A stretch of DNA of 58,930 nt, filler included. It is 6 parts of 6 records of this genome, joined end to end, with 100 filler letters (N's around TTAATTAATTAA, not from the genome) between each part and the next. Parts side by side here need not be neighbours in the genome. Positions count along the whole stretch, not along the records: positions 6,242 to 17,763 come from SRR31156797_24136; positions 17,864 to 24,045 come from SRR31156797_24157; 4 more parts are not named here. One strand, written 5' to 3'. Under the pieces are notes generated by a model. It saw only the letters and a list, made by a program, of their open reading frames with translations. It had not been told where the DNA came from and did no database searches. Below, in pieces: positions 10,124 through 19,197 of the stretch (position 1 is its first letter; every line of letters begins with the position of its first letter). The translations under genes were made by a program, and so were the position numbers.

Positions 10124-10193
10124 CGTAGTTGCTGAGACAATTCTGTTGATAAAAAGAACAACTTATGGAACAAGTAAAGAAGGAGGATCTATA

Positions 10194-11537
10194 ATGATCG
10201 CAAAGAAGATGACGGTTCTGGGCTGTCTCGTTCTGGTAATCGGGATTTCGTTAACGGGCTGCCGGAAGGAAGAAGCCGCCGTGGCCGCCGCTCCCGCCGA
10301 GGTGAAGACCATGGCCCCTGCCGATTACACGGGCAAGATCACGGTTTGGTCTTTTACGGACGAGGTGGGGAAGATGGTACCCTATTTCAACGAGCTCTAT
10401 CCCGGAATCGAGGTGGAGTATGTGGTTATCCCCAATCAGGAAGAGGTGTATCTGAATAAGATCAACACGACCCTCAGATCCCGTTCCGCCGTTCCCGACG
10501 TTTTCACCGGGGAGGCGGCGTTCTATAAGCAGTTCATCGACGCGGGTTTCTGGGAGCCCGTCTCAGACGCTCCCTACAACGCCGAAGAGCTAGTCGGCGA
10601 TCTGGTCCCCTATGTCCCCAACTCTAGCCGTAACGCGGACGGGCAGATCACAGCCCTCTCCTGGCAGGCCACCCCCGGCGCCCTGTTCTACAGGAGGAGC
10701 ATAGCCAGAGACGTTCTGGGCAGCGACGATCCCGCGGAGGTTTCCAAGTGGACCAGCGACCTGAACAGCTTTTACGAGCTGGGAGAGAAGGTGAAGGCTC
10801 AGTACGGCGGAGAGAAATACCTCCTCGCCGGATTCTCCGATATGTCTGAGTTCATCTTCAATCTGAGGGAAAAGCCCTATGTGGAGAACGGCAAGCTGAC
10901 GATCCCCGAAGGCCTGTATGACTATATGAAGATCTCCAGAGACATGAGGGACAACGGCATTGAGGCCGGTACCAAAACCTGGCAGCCCCCCTGGTTCTCC
11001 GCCATGGCCGACGGCTCGGTCATGTGTTATATCCTTCCCACCTGGGGACTCCATTATGTGCTGAAGCCCAATGCAGAACCAGACGCCAACGAAGGCAAGA
11101 AGGAGTTCGAAGGGGACTGGGGGCTGGCCGTTCCGCCCGCGTCCTACAGCTGGGGCGGTACCTGGATCGGTATCAACTCCCTTTCGGAGAAGAAGGATCT
11201 GGGTTGGCAGTTCGTCAAGTACGTGGGCAGCAACGAAGACTTTCTGGCCGGCTGGGCCAGGGACACGGGCGACTTCGTCGGTAATCTGAAGGTCGTCGAG
11301 AAGATCAAAGACGACTTTGCCGAGCCCTTCCTGGGCGGACAGAACCACTACAGCTACTTCTATGAAGAGGCGAAGAAGGTGGACGTCAGCTACAGAGGCC
11401 CCTGGGATTTTCAGATCCAGAACGCCTGGGGCGACCAGGTCGAGCAGTATGCCAGCGGTAAGAAATCCTTTGACGAAGCCGTCGCGGATTTCAAGACGGC
11501 GGTGAAGGAGATCCTTCCCGACGTGGACGTTCAGTAA
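10194..11537 (+). CDS. Sugar ABC transporter substrate-binding lipoprotein (SBP family 1)
   Basis: AAGGAGG RBS before ATG 10194; lipobox LTGC; ITVWSF, PDVF, SWGGTWIGI. Confidence 0.9.
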   Translation: MIAKKMTVLGCLVLVIGISLTGCRKEEAAVAAAPAEVKTMAPADYTGKITVWSFTDEVGKMVPYFNELYPGIEVEYVVIPNQEEVYLNKINTTLRSRSAVPDVFTGEAAFYKQFIDAGFWEPVSDAPYNAEELVGDLVPYVPNSSRNADGQITALSWQATPGALFYRRSIARDVLGSDDPAEVSKWTSDLNSFYELGEKVKAQYGGEKYLLAGFSDMSEFIFNLREKPYVENGKLTIPEGLYDYMKISRDMRDNGIEAGTKTWQPPWFSAMADGSVMCYILPTWGLHYVLKPNAEPDANEGKKEFEGDWGLAVPPASYSWGGTWIGINSLSEKKDLGWQFVKYVGSNEDFLAGWARDTGDFVGNLKVVEKIKDDFAEPFLGGQNHYSYFYEEAKKVDVSYRGPWDFQIQNAWGDQVEQYASGKKSFDEAVADFKTAVKEILPDVDVQ

Positions 11538-11552
11538 TCCGTTATGTAAGAT

Positions 11553-11614
11553 TGACAGGGCGGTCCGATCCGGAACGCCCTGTCACAGAGCCGGCAGCCC
11601 CCGGTGGCTGCCGG
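11553..11614 (+). other. Two GC-rich hairpins after the SBP gene (mRNA stabiliser or partial terminator)
   Basis: TGACAGGGCG/CGCCCTGTCA stem (11553-11585) and CCGGCAGCC/GGCTGCCGG (11591-11614); no U-tract. Confidence 0.55.
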
Positions 11615-11639
11615 TTACCGTCCCTTCAAGGAGCATGTC

Positions 11640-12521
11640 GTGACCCTGTTAAAAAACCGGGACAACAAGGGCTATCTTTTTGTTCTTCCCTATTTCCTGG
11701 CCATGTTGACCTTTCAGATCTATCCGATCTTCTACACCCTGTTTCTGAGCTTCTTCAAACCGGTGACCCTGGTGAAGAATGAATTCGTCGGTCTGGAAAA
11801 CTATGTCCGGCTGATTAAGAATCCGCTTTTTTACACCGCCATCGGCAACACCTGGTTCATCTGGCTGATGAACTATATCCCCCAGATCGTTTTCGCTCTG
11901 ATCCTGGCGCTTATCCTGACCAATCCCGGGATCCGCGGACGGGAAGGCTTTCGGACCCTCTTCTTCCTTCCCAACCTCGTTACCGCCGCCTCCATCGGCG
12001 TTCTCTTCGCCGTCCTTCTGGATTGGAAGTCGGGGGCCCTGAACCATATGCTGCTCGAGCTGGGGATCTTCTCCGAACCCTACGAATGGCTGCAGGACAA
12101 GATGGCCACCCGTCTGTCGGTCTCGCTTATCCAGTGGTGGCAGTGGTTCGGCTATACCATGATCATCTTCATGGCGGGGTTGAGCGCCATCCCCGGCGAT
12201 CTCTACGAGGCCGCCCATATCGACGGGGCCTCCGCCAGTCAGACCTTCTTCAAGGTGACCCTCCCCCTGCTGAAGCCCACTATGCTCTATGTCATGGTGA
12301 CCTCCCTGATCGGCGGGCTGCAGATCTTCGATATACCCCGGGTGCTGACCAATGGACGGGGAGGGCCCGACAACGCCCTGACCACCATGGTGCTCTATCT
12401 CTATAATCAGGGCTTCAAGAACTTCAACCTGGGCTATGCCTCCGCCCTGGCCTACGCCCTGTTTATCATGATCATTATCTTCTCTGCGATCTCCTTCAGG
12501 ATCATCAGGCCGAGGGATTAA
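11640..12521 (+). CDS. Sugar ABC transporter permease 1
   Basis: GYLFVLP, FVGLENY, EAA motif LYEAAHIDGAS; start placed at GTG 11640 after AAGGAG (ORF track starts 11604). Confidence 0.9.
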   Translation: MTLLKNRDNKGYLFVLPYFLAMLTFQIYPIFYTLFLSFFKPVTLVKNEFVGLENYVRLIKNPLFYTAIGNTWFIWLMNYIPQIVFALILALILTNPGIRGREGFRTLFFLPNLVTAASIGVLFAVLLDWKSGALNHMLLELGIFSEPYEWLQDKMATRLSVSLIQWWQWFGYTMIIFMAGLSAIPGDLYEAAHIDGASASQTFFKVTLPLLKPTMLYVMVTSLIGGLQIFDIPRVLTNGRGGPDNALTTMVLYLYNQGFKNFNLGYASALAYALFIMIIIFSAISFRIIRPRD

Positions 12522-12534
12522 AGGAGCGACTGCG

Positions 12535-13365
12535 ATGATAGAAAAGAAACGGCCCGTTGCGGTCATCCTTATGTATGTTTTTCTGGTGGTGCTGGCTCTG
12601 GTCTGCATCATCCCCTTCTATATGATGATCATCAACTCCACCCGCAGCAATGTGGAGATCTCCCAGGGGGTCTGGCTCACTCCCGGCGATCAGCTGAGGG
12701 CGAACTATGAGATCATTCTGGGCAAGGTGAATATCTGGCAGGGCTTTGTCAGCTCCGTCATTATCGCCCTTCCGGCGGTGCTGCTGTCCGCCTTCTTTTC
12801 GGCTCTCACGGCCTACGGGTTCGCCAAGTTCCGTTTTAAGGGGAAGGAGGTCCTCTTCTGGCTCCTCCTGGGGACCATGATGATCCCCCAGCAGCTGGGG
12901 CTCATAGGCTACTACGACCTCTGTGTGAAGCTGGGGCTGATCGACAGTTACGCCCCTCTTATCCTGCCCAATATCGCCAATGCCAGCATGGTCTTCTTTA
13001 TCCGCTCCTATATGGAATCCAGTATCCCCGACTCCCTGATCGAGGCGGGGCTGATCGACGGGGCCGGCGAGTTCTATATCTTCTGGAAGCTGATCTTTCC
13101 CCTGGCCATGCCCGCGGTGGCGACCATGTCGATCTTCACATTCATCTACAAGTGGAACGATCTGCTTTATCCCATGGTCCTTCTGAACTCGGCCGAAAAG
13201 TTCACCCTTCCCGTGGTGATCTCCAATATCCGCGGGCTCTACGAGAGCAACTTCGGCGCCATCTATCTGGGGGTCACCATCTCTGTTGTTCCCATACTCC
13301 TGGTGGTCGTCAGCTTCAGCAAGGCCCTGATCAGCGGGTTGACCATCGGGGCGGTCAAGGGCTGA
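12535..13365 (+). CDS. Sugar ABC transporter permease 2
   Basis: AYGFAKFRFKG, IPDSLIEAGLIDGAGE, C-terminal GLTIGAVKG. Confidence 0.9.
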   Translation: MIEKKRPVAVILMYVFLVVLALVCIIPFYMMIINSTRSNVEISQGVWLTPGDQLRANYEIILGKVNIWQGFVSSVIIALPAVLLSAFFSALTAYGFAKFRFKGKEVLFWLLLGTMMIPQQLGLIGYYDLCVKLGLIDSYAPLILPNIANASMVFFIRSYMESSIPDSLIEAGLIDGAGEFYIFWKLIFPLAMPAVATMSIFTFIYKWNDLLYPMVLLNSAEKFTLPVVISNIRGLYESNFGAIYLGVTISVVPILLVVVSFSKALISGLTIGAVKG

Positions 13366-13393
13366 TTCGTCCCGTCTGCGCAGGCCTTTCCAT

Positions 13394-14290
13394 TCAGGTC
13401 CCGATCGGTTCCAGGTGCCGGGCCGCCTCCTCTCTTATCAGGCGGCTCAACGCCTCCAGCTCCTCCGATTCTATGGACCAGCGCTGCCAGAAGAGGGGGA
13501 CGCGAACGGGTTTGTCCATCGAAAGATCCACCAGGTCATAGGCCTCCCGGTGCCGCCTGAACTGATCCTCTGTTATCATGCCGCAGACCCGGCCGGTTCC
13601 TATCAGGACGGGGAACTGCTCGGACGAGGGGACGTAGTGGGTATCCTGCGGCAGGATCCGTTCCGGGAAGACGGTCCGGAACCAGGCTTCCAGCAGCCCG
13701 TCGTCCCTGTTGAAGTCCATCCGGGGGGCCTTGCCGAGGCTTTCCGCATCCACGCCCCGGGGGAAGTAGCGTTTCCTATAGGAGCGGCTTCCGGCCAGTC
13801 GGTAGGTCATGGAGCCCAGGGCTTCGCTGCGGCAGGCCCTGACGGGGCTGGGGGAAGCGCTGACACAGCCCATTACCTCGCCCCGGCTCAGCAGGGAGTG
13901 GGTCAGTTCCTGATCGGCGACGCGGATCTCCACCCGGCCTCCGTTCCGGCGCATATAGGCAGATAAAACGGGGCTGAACCAGGTGGCCAGGCTGTCGGCG
14001 TTGACGGCCAGGGGGATCAGAGGCGCGGAGGTTTCTTCTTGTTTCAGGTCCTTCTCTACCTCATTCTCCAGGAGACGGATCTTTCTGAAGTGTTCTATCA
14101 GCCTCCGTCCCTCCGCCGTAGGGCGGGGCGGCTGGGTGCGCATCAGGAGGATGCGGCCGCTGTTCTCCTCCAGCTGTCTGATCCTCTGGGTAACCGCCGA
14201 CTGGGTAATGTGGAGGGATTCTCCCGCGCGCTCGAAGCCTCCCTCTTCCACCACGGCCGTCAGAGCGGCCAGCTGATTGTAATCCATCAT
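13394..14290 (-). CDS. argP: LysR-family regulator ArgP/LysG
   Basis: DYNQLAALTAVVEEGGFERA...TQSAVTQRIRQLE; LAVNADSLATWF; divergent from a LysE exporter. Confidence 0.88.
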   Translation of the reverse strand: MMDYNQLAALTAVVEEGGFERAGESLHITQSAVTQRIRQLEENSGRILLMRTQPPRPTAEGRRLIEHFRKIRLLENEVEKDLKQEETSAPLIPLAVNADSLATWFSPVLSAYMRRNGGRVEIRVADQELTHSLLSRGEVMGCVSASPSPVRACRSEALGSMTYRLAGSRSYRKRYFPRGVDAESLGKAPRMDFNRDDGLLEAWFRTVFPERILPQDTHYVPSSEQFPVLIGTGRVCGMITEDQFRRHREAYDLVDLSMDKPVRVPLFWQRWSIESEELEALSRLIREEAARHLEPIGT

Positions 14291-14378
14291 CTTTTCATAT
14301 TAGCAGAATTAGCACAGCTTATGACAATGTAAAATAATTAATTGTACTAATCTTTAATATTCTTCTATCCTTCGGGGC

Positions 14379-14996
14379 ATGGTAAGCACATATTTTACGG
14401 GAATGGGCACGGGCGCCGGGCTGATCATCGCCATCGGCGCCCAGAATGCCTTTGTGATGAATCAGGGGATCCGGAAGGAGTTCGTTCTGATGGTGCCCCT
14501 GGTCTGCGCCCTCTGCGATGCGGTTCTGATCACGGCGGGGGTCGCGGGGCTGGGCGTTCTGATCGAGGCCTCTCCTCTGCTGTTGAAGGCCGCTTCCTGG
14601 GGCGGGGGGATTTTCCTGCTCTGGTACGGCCTGAAGAGCTTCCGCTCCGCCTTCTTCCGCCGCGAGGGGATGAGTGCGGAAGGGGAGGGCGGACGGTCCC
14701 GGCGGCAGGTCCTGCTGATGACCCTGGCCATAACCCTTTTGAATCCCCATGTCTATCTGGACACGGTTGTGCTCCTGGGGAGCATCGGCAGCAGCTTTCC
14801 GGGGAGTGAGCGCCTGCTGTTCGCCCTGGGAGCCGTGAGCGCGTCCTTCCTCTGGTTCTTTGTCCTCAGCCTGGGAGCCGTCCGCCTGGCGCCCCTGTTC
14901 AGACGCCCCGGGACCTGGGTCGTGCTGGATCTGCTGATAGGGCTGGTGATGTGGCGAATCGCCTGGGGGCTGGTCGGCCCGTTTCTCCTCAGGTGA
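14379..14996 (+). CDS. argO: LysE/ArgO amino acid exporter
   Basis: LIIAIGAQNAFVMNQG and LLNPHVYLDT signatures. Confidence 0.88.
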   Translation: MVSTYFTGMGTGAGLIIAIGAQNAFVMNQGIRKEFVLMVPLVCALCDAVLITAGVAGLGVLIEASPLLLKAASWGGGIFLLWYGLKSFRSAFFRREGMSAEGEGGRSRRQVLLMTLAITLLNPHVYLDTVVLLGSIGSSFPGSERLLFALGAVSASFLWFFVLSLGAVRLAPLFRRPGTWVVLDLLIGLVMWRIAWGLVGPFLLR

Positions 14997-15064
14997 TATG
15001 GGGACAGTGTGCCCAGGCTGCGTAAAACGGTCCGGGTCAGGCCTCTCCCGGCTCATCGGGCCGG

Positions 15065-15811
15065 TTATTTTCGGTGGAGCCTGATGTAGTCGCTGGGGCT
15101 CGTACCCGTTTCCTTCCGGAACAGGGCGGCGAAGTGGCGGCTGCTGCGATAGCCCAGGCCCGAACTGATCTCCTTTATATTGAGGTTGCTGTTCTCCATC
15201 AGGTCTCGCGCGGCGGCGATCCTCTTGTCGGTGATGTAGCGGGTGAAGGCCTTGCCCGTATGGCGTCGGAACAGGCTGCTCAGGTAGTTGGGCGTGACAT
15301 TCAGGTCGTAGGCCACCTGGGCGATGCCTAGTTCCTCTTTATAGCGTTTGCCGATGATTCTGACGGCCCGGTCCACAAGGGCCGATCCCGAGCTCTCCCC
15401 GGACTCCCCTCCCTCTCCCGGCATATCTGTCTGAGGGAAGCGCTTGTTTTCGGGCAGCAGTTTTTCCGCCCGCTCCAGGGCGGCCAGGAGCTCTTCGCTT
15501 GAAGGGGGTTTCAGGAGGTAGTCCAGGGCTCCCAGTTTCAGGGCGCTTCGGGCGTATTCGAAGTCGGCGTGGCCTGTCAGGATGATCCAGTGACCCTCCT
15601 CATCCCTCAGCTCCTCCATGGCCTCCAATCCGCTGCAGCCCGGCATCCGGATATCCGCCAGCACCAGGTCGGGTTTTTCCCTCCTGAAACGTCTTATCAG
15701 CTGGCGTCCCCCCGAGGCCTCCAGGATCTCCGCCTCCAGAGGGCTTTTCTCGATCATGTCCCTGAGGGTGAAGCGGATCAGCTCTTCGTCGTCGGCAATC
15801 AGGATCTTCAT
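15065..15811 (-). CDS. Response regulator, REC + AraC HTH (YesN-like)
   Basis: ILIADDE, DIRMPG, YLLKP; PNYLSSLFRRHTG...FRKETGTSPSDY. Confidence 0.9.
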   Translation of the reverse strand: MKILIADDEELIRFTLRDMIEKSPLEAEILEASGGRQLIRRFRREKPDLVLADIRMPGCSGLEAMEELRDEEGHWIILTGHADFEYARSALKLGALDYLLKPPSSEELLAALERAEKLLPENKRFPQTDMPGEGGESGESSGSALVDRAVRIIGKRYKEELGIAQVAYDLNVTPNYLSSLFRRHTGKAFTRYITDKRIAAARDLMENSNLNIKEISSGLGYRSSRHFAALFRKETGTSPSDYIRLHRK

Positions 15812-17718
15812 TCCGCCTCTCCCTTGGTCTCTTTTATGCGGATCAGCACCCTCGTGCCTTTGCCTTCGGCGCTGTTCAGGATCATCTCGGAACCGGGAAA
15901 GGCCATGCCCAGGCGTTCCCTCACGTTGCGGGTTCCTATACCCTCGTTCTCTTTCTGAGGATCGAAGCCGCAGCCGTCGTCCTCGACCTTTATGAGGATA
16001 TGGTCGTCATCCCGCTCCGCCAGGAGGCTGAGGGTGCCGCCCTCTTCCAGGGGCTCCAGCCCGTGGATGACGGCGTTCTCGACCAGGGGCTGAAGCAGCA
16101 GCCTGGGGATCATGAAATCCCCCAGCTCCCGGTCGGCCTTCAGTTCGTAATCCAGTCTGTCTGAGAAGCGGATCTTCTGGAGCTCGCAGTAGTTTTTCAG
16201 GAAGTCCAGTTCCTCCTTCAGTGTCGTCAGATGCTTCTGGTCCGTGACGTAACGGAGCATCTCCCGCAGGGAGAGTATGGCCGCTTCGAGCCTGTCCGCG
16301 GCGCCCATGCGGTTCAGGCCGATGAATCCGCTGAGGATGTTGTAGATGAAGTGGGGCTGGACCTGGGACTGGAGGGCCCAGTACTGGGCTTCCCTGTTCT
16401 CCAGGAGCTCGCCGTACTTCAGATGGTTCTCCAGGGTGAGGGAGACGTATTCGGCGAAGTTGACCATCCTGGTGACGCCCAGGTCGGAGAACTGCTCCTC
16501 CCGTGTTCGCATAAGGGTCAGGAGGAATCCTATGCTCTCTCCCTTGAGCTTCAGGGGCAGGGCCATCGCGTCCCCGGGGGAAACGGGTGCCAATGCCTCG
16601 GACATAATGCGCCGGTCTGTCTTCGCTACGATCGACTCCCCCTTCTTCAGCTTCGGTATGCAGGGGAAGGCGCTTTCCAGGGTTTCGGGTAGGCCTTCCG
16701 TATTTCCGCTGCCGGACTTCAGTTTATAGCTGTGGTCGTTCGAATGATAGAGATAGACGGCCGCCGCATCGGCCCGGGTGTCCTTGATGATAGCATCGGC
16801 GGTCAGCTGCAGCATATGCTGCAGGCTCGTCTCCTCCGGCCGGGCCTGTCCCATGTCCCGGGTCAGGTTCAGGATGCTGTTGATATTCTCCTTCAGATCG
16901 GTGGACAGCTCGTTGACGCTCAGGAGCAGGGCCGACAGCTCGTCCCTGTCCTCGCTTTTATAGGTGGTGCTGAAGTCTCCCTTAGCGATATTCTCAAAGG
17001 CGTGGCCCAGGTTCTGTATTTTCAGAAGGATCTGACGTGAGAATACCAGGGCGTAGCCCAGGGCCAGGGCCGAAGAGAGGATGCTGATCAGCAGAAACTG
17101 AAGATAGAGCTCCTGCTCCAGTTTCTCGCTCTGCTTCTTGAAGGAGCTGAAGAAGTGGTTCATATAGCTTTCGAATGTATTGGTGAAGTAGAAGGAGGTC
17201 TCTCTGAATTCGTCGAAGAAGGGGATCAGCGTTTCGTCCTTCTGCATGATGATGTAAAGATCGGTCCCTCCCGTATCCATATTCTGGAGCCGGCTCATGA
17301 TCTCCGACATATTGTAGAGCTTGTCCAGGGCCTTTTCGTTCAGGGTCAGGGCGGTCCCGTAAAGATCCTGGAGCTCGTCGTCCTGGAGGATGGTCAGCTC
17401 CCGGTTGACGATGAACTCATTGAAGATGCTCTGGTAGGCGGAGACGGCGTTCATCCACTCCCTGTAGGCGGCGACGGAGCGGGGCGCATAGGTCAGGGCC
17501 CTGATCTGTCCGTACATTCTGGGAGCGAAGAGGTCGAAGGTGATGTCCTTCATCAGGCCTATCACGTTCCGGGAGTGGGTCTGGAGCTGCTGGCCCAGGA
17601 GGATGGTGTGGTTAAGGCTCTGGAGGCGGTTCCAGTTCCACAGGGCCAGGCTCGTGATGGTGCCGAGGGAGCAGAACATGAGGAGGCTGAGGATCAGCAG
17701 TTTCTTTCGTATACTCAT
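15808..17718 (-). CDS. LytS/YesM-type sensor histidine kinase with HAMP and GAF-like domain
   Basis: Two TM segments, HAMP, ALQSQVQPHFIYN, LLQPLVENAVIHG, VEDDGCG, GIGTRNVRERL; 4-bp overlap with the response regulator. Confidence 0.88.
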   Translation of the reverse strand: MSIRKKLLILSLLMFCSLGTITSLALWNWNRLQSLNHTILLGQQLQTHSRNVIGLMKDITFDLFAPRMYGQIRALTYAPRSVAAYREWMNAVSAYQSIFNEFIVNRELTILQDDELQDLYGTALTLNEKALDKLYNMSEIMSRLQNMDTGGTDLYIIMQKDETLIPFFDEFRETSFYFTNTFESYMNHFFSSFKKQSEKLEQELYLQFLLISILSSALALGYALVFSRQILLKIQNLGHAFENIAKGDFSTTYKSEDRDELSALLLSVNELSTDLKENINSILNLTRDMGQARPEETSLQHMLQLTADAIIKDTRADAAAVYLYHSNDHSYKLKSGSGNTEGLPETLESAFPCIPKLKKGESIVAKTDRRIMSEALAPVSPGDAMALPLKLKGESIGFLLTLMRTREEQFSDLGVTRMVNFAEYVSLTLENHLKYGELLENREAQYWALQSQVQPHFIYNILSGFIGLNRMGAADRLEAAILSLREMLRYVTDQKHLTTLKEELDFLKNYCELQKIRFSDRLDYELKADRELGDFMIPRLLLQPLVENAVIHGLEPLEEGGTLSLLAERDDDHILIKVEDDGCGFDPQKENEGIGTRNVRERLGMAFPGSEMILNSAEGKGTRVLIRIKETKGEAE

Positions 17719-17763
17719 TCAGGGAACAGGGTAGCACATGTTTTATGACTCCGCCACGACTTC

Positions 17764-17863
17764 NNNNNNNNNNNNNNNNNNNNNNNNNNNNNNNNNNNNN
17801 NNNNNNNTTAATTAATTAANNNNNNNNNNNNNNNNNNNNNNNNNNNNNNNNNNNNNNNNNNNN
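17764..17863. other. Artificial contig spacer
   Basis: N-run, TTAATTAATTAA, N-run. Confidence 0.98.
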
Positions 17864-18025
17864 TAAAGTTCCATAGTTTACACCCAACTGCTCAGATGCT
17901 TTCTTTAATCCAATTTCATCGGACAGCTTTAATGCCTGTTCTTTAAACTCTTTACTGTACTGTTTCATACTCATACCCTTATATTCTCGGGTATTTTTAG
18001 ACTGCACTTTTATGATAATCCTTCA
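17864..18025 (-). mobile_element. Left end and orfA start of an IS3-family element (cut by contig end)
   Basis: MKQYSKEFKEQALKL...ASEQLGVNYGTL HTH; minus-strand end begins 5'-TGAAGGATTATCATAAAAGTGCAG at 18025 (IS3 ends start TG). Confidence 0.72.
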
Positions 18026-18794
18026 CTTCTCCGCATATTGAGCCTCAGCTCCAAGCTCTTCAATTCGCTCGTTAATCCTTTCGATTTTTGCTTCAAGTTC
18101 CAATATAGCGGTGTAATATTCGTTGAATACTTCCTGGTGAATATCCTCTTCAAAGGTTAGTGTTTTCATCCATTTATGAAAAATTCCCGTCCAGTATCGG
18201 TTACTGGTGGGATATCTCTTTCCCAGTCGGAGAAGGAACTGCATCATCCGTTGTTTGTGGCGCTTCAAATCTTTTCTCATGTCGTTACAAATTCGTAGAT
18301 AATCCCGAACAGCCTCATCTGAATGGGTTGGGATGTATACATTGACAATTTCCTGGTTTCGTAGAGCCTTTGCCAGCAGAACAGCATCTCTGCTGTCGGT
18401 TTTGATTTTGTCTCCGGGTTTCCGAGGGAGCATTGAGGAATGCTGCCACATGGCAGGTGATATCCATCTCTTCCAGCTGCCTGTAAATGACATACCCGGT
18501 CGGACCTGCTTCATAGCAGCAGATAATATTAGTTGATTTCTCTTTGAGCTGGGTGAAGTACTTTTTGATTTTTCCCGGTTCATTCTTTATTTGTCGTTCA
18601 AACTCGATGGTCCGACTATTATCCCTGATTACCGCCAGGGAAACTGTCTCTTTGTGGACATCCATTCCGACATAAAATATACTGTTCATAGTGACCTCCG
18701 TTGATTTGTATGTGGCGTGCTTGCATTTTCTGGTAACTAAATGATGTTAGCTAATCCACGAGTTTGCAAACACGGGGGTCACTTCATATTGTCT
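18026..18794 (-). pseudogene. IS110-family recombinase/transposase remnant with non-coding left end; frameshifted and truncated by the IS3 insertion
   Basis: MNSIFYVGMDVHKETV, CCYEAGPTG (ORF 18315-18689) continue in another frame as PRKPGDKIKTDSRDA...VYIPT (ORF 18023-18583); frameshift near 18440; C-terminal domain absent. Confidence 0.85.
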
Positions 18795-18879
18795 ACACCA
18801 CGCACACGATCATAGCAACGCTATTCCAAATTAATCAAATTTATTGAAAAGAAAAGTACATTCCTTTGGAATGTTGGGG

Positions 18880-18908
18880 TTGACATCTATGTTAATATTT
18901 TTTATCAT
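18880..18908 (+). promoter_or_regulatory. sigma70 promoter upstream of leader copy 1
   Basis: TTGACA (18880-18885), N17, TATCAT (18903-18908). Confidence 0.65.
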
Positions 18909-18919
18909 TTTATGATAAA

Positions 18920-19165
18920 TGAAGTAAGTCTTCAGACTACCTTCTTGGCGAGCTATTTGACGTATAAGTGTGGCAGTTAGTAAACTAAGAAAAACAGGAA
19001 AATGAAGGTTGAAAAATTTGTTAATTAGAACTGGGGTTTATCCAGGGTCTCTCGTAGAGGCAATGGAGTATACTATATTGATGGTATAAAGTGAGTCGAA
19101 AGGCGAAGCTTAGGCACTCTAACTCTATAATCTTCATGATTGTAGAGTTAGAGTGCCTTTTTTTT
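18920..19165 (+). ncRNA. Candidate cis-regulatory structured RNA leader, copy 1 (core 19025-19165)
   Basis: Four hairpins, then a 21-bp terminator stem (19112-19158) and T-tract, 32 nt before the opuAA-like ATG; homologous to 19983-20217. Confidence 0.78.
19112..19165 (+). terminator. Intrinsic terminator within leader copy 1
   Basis: AGGCACTCTAACTCTATAATC-TTCAT-GATTGTAGAGTTAGAGTGCCT followed by T-run. Confidence 0.88.
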
Positions 19166-19197
19166 ATGCCCCAACGATTTTCGAGGAGAAATAAATA

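Noticed and set aside
10590-12611. 252-aa and 320-aa minus-strand ORFs
   Set aside because: Antisense shadows of the ABC transporter genes.
19058-19125. AGGCAATGGAGT resembling the 5' end of the fluoride (crcB) riboswitch
   Set aside because: The pairing partner (UCGCC-like) and the CUGAUGAC motif are missing, and the downstream genes do not fit.
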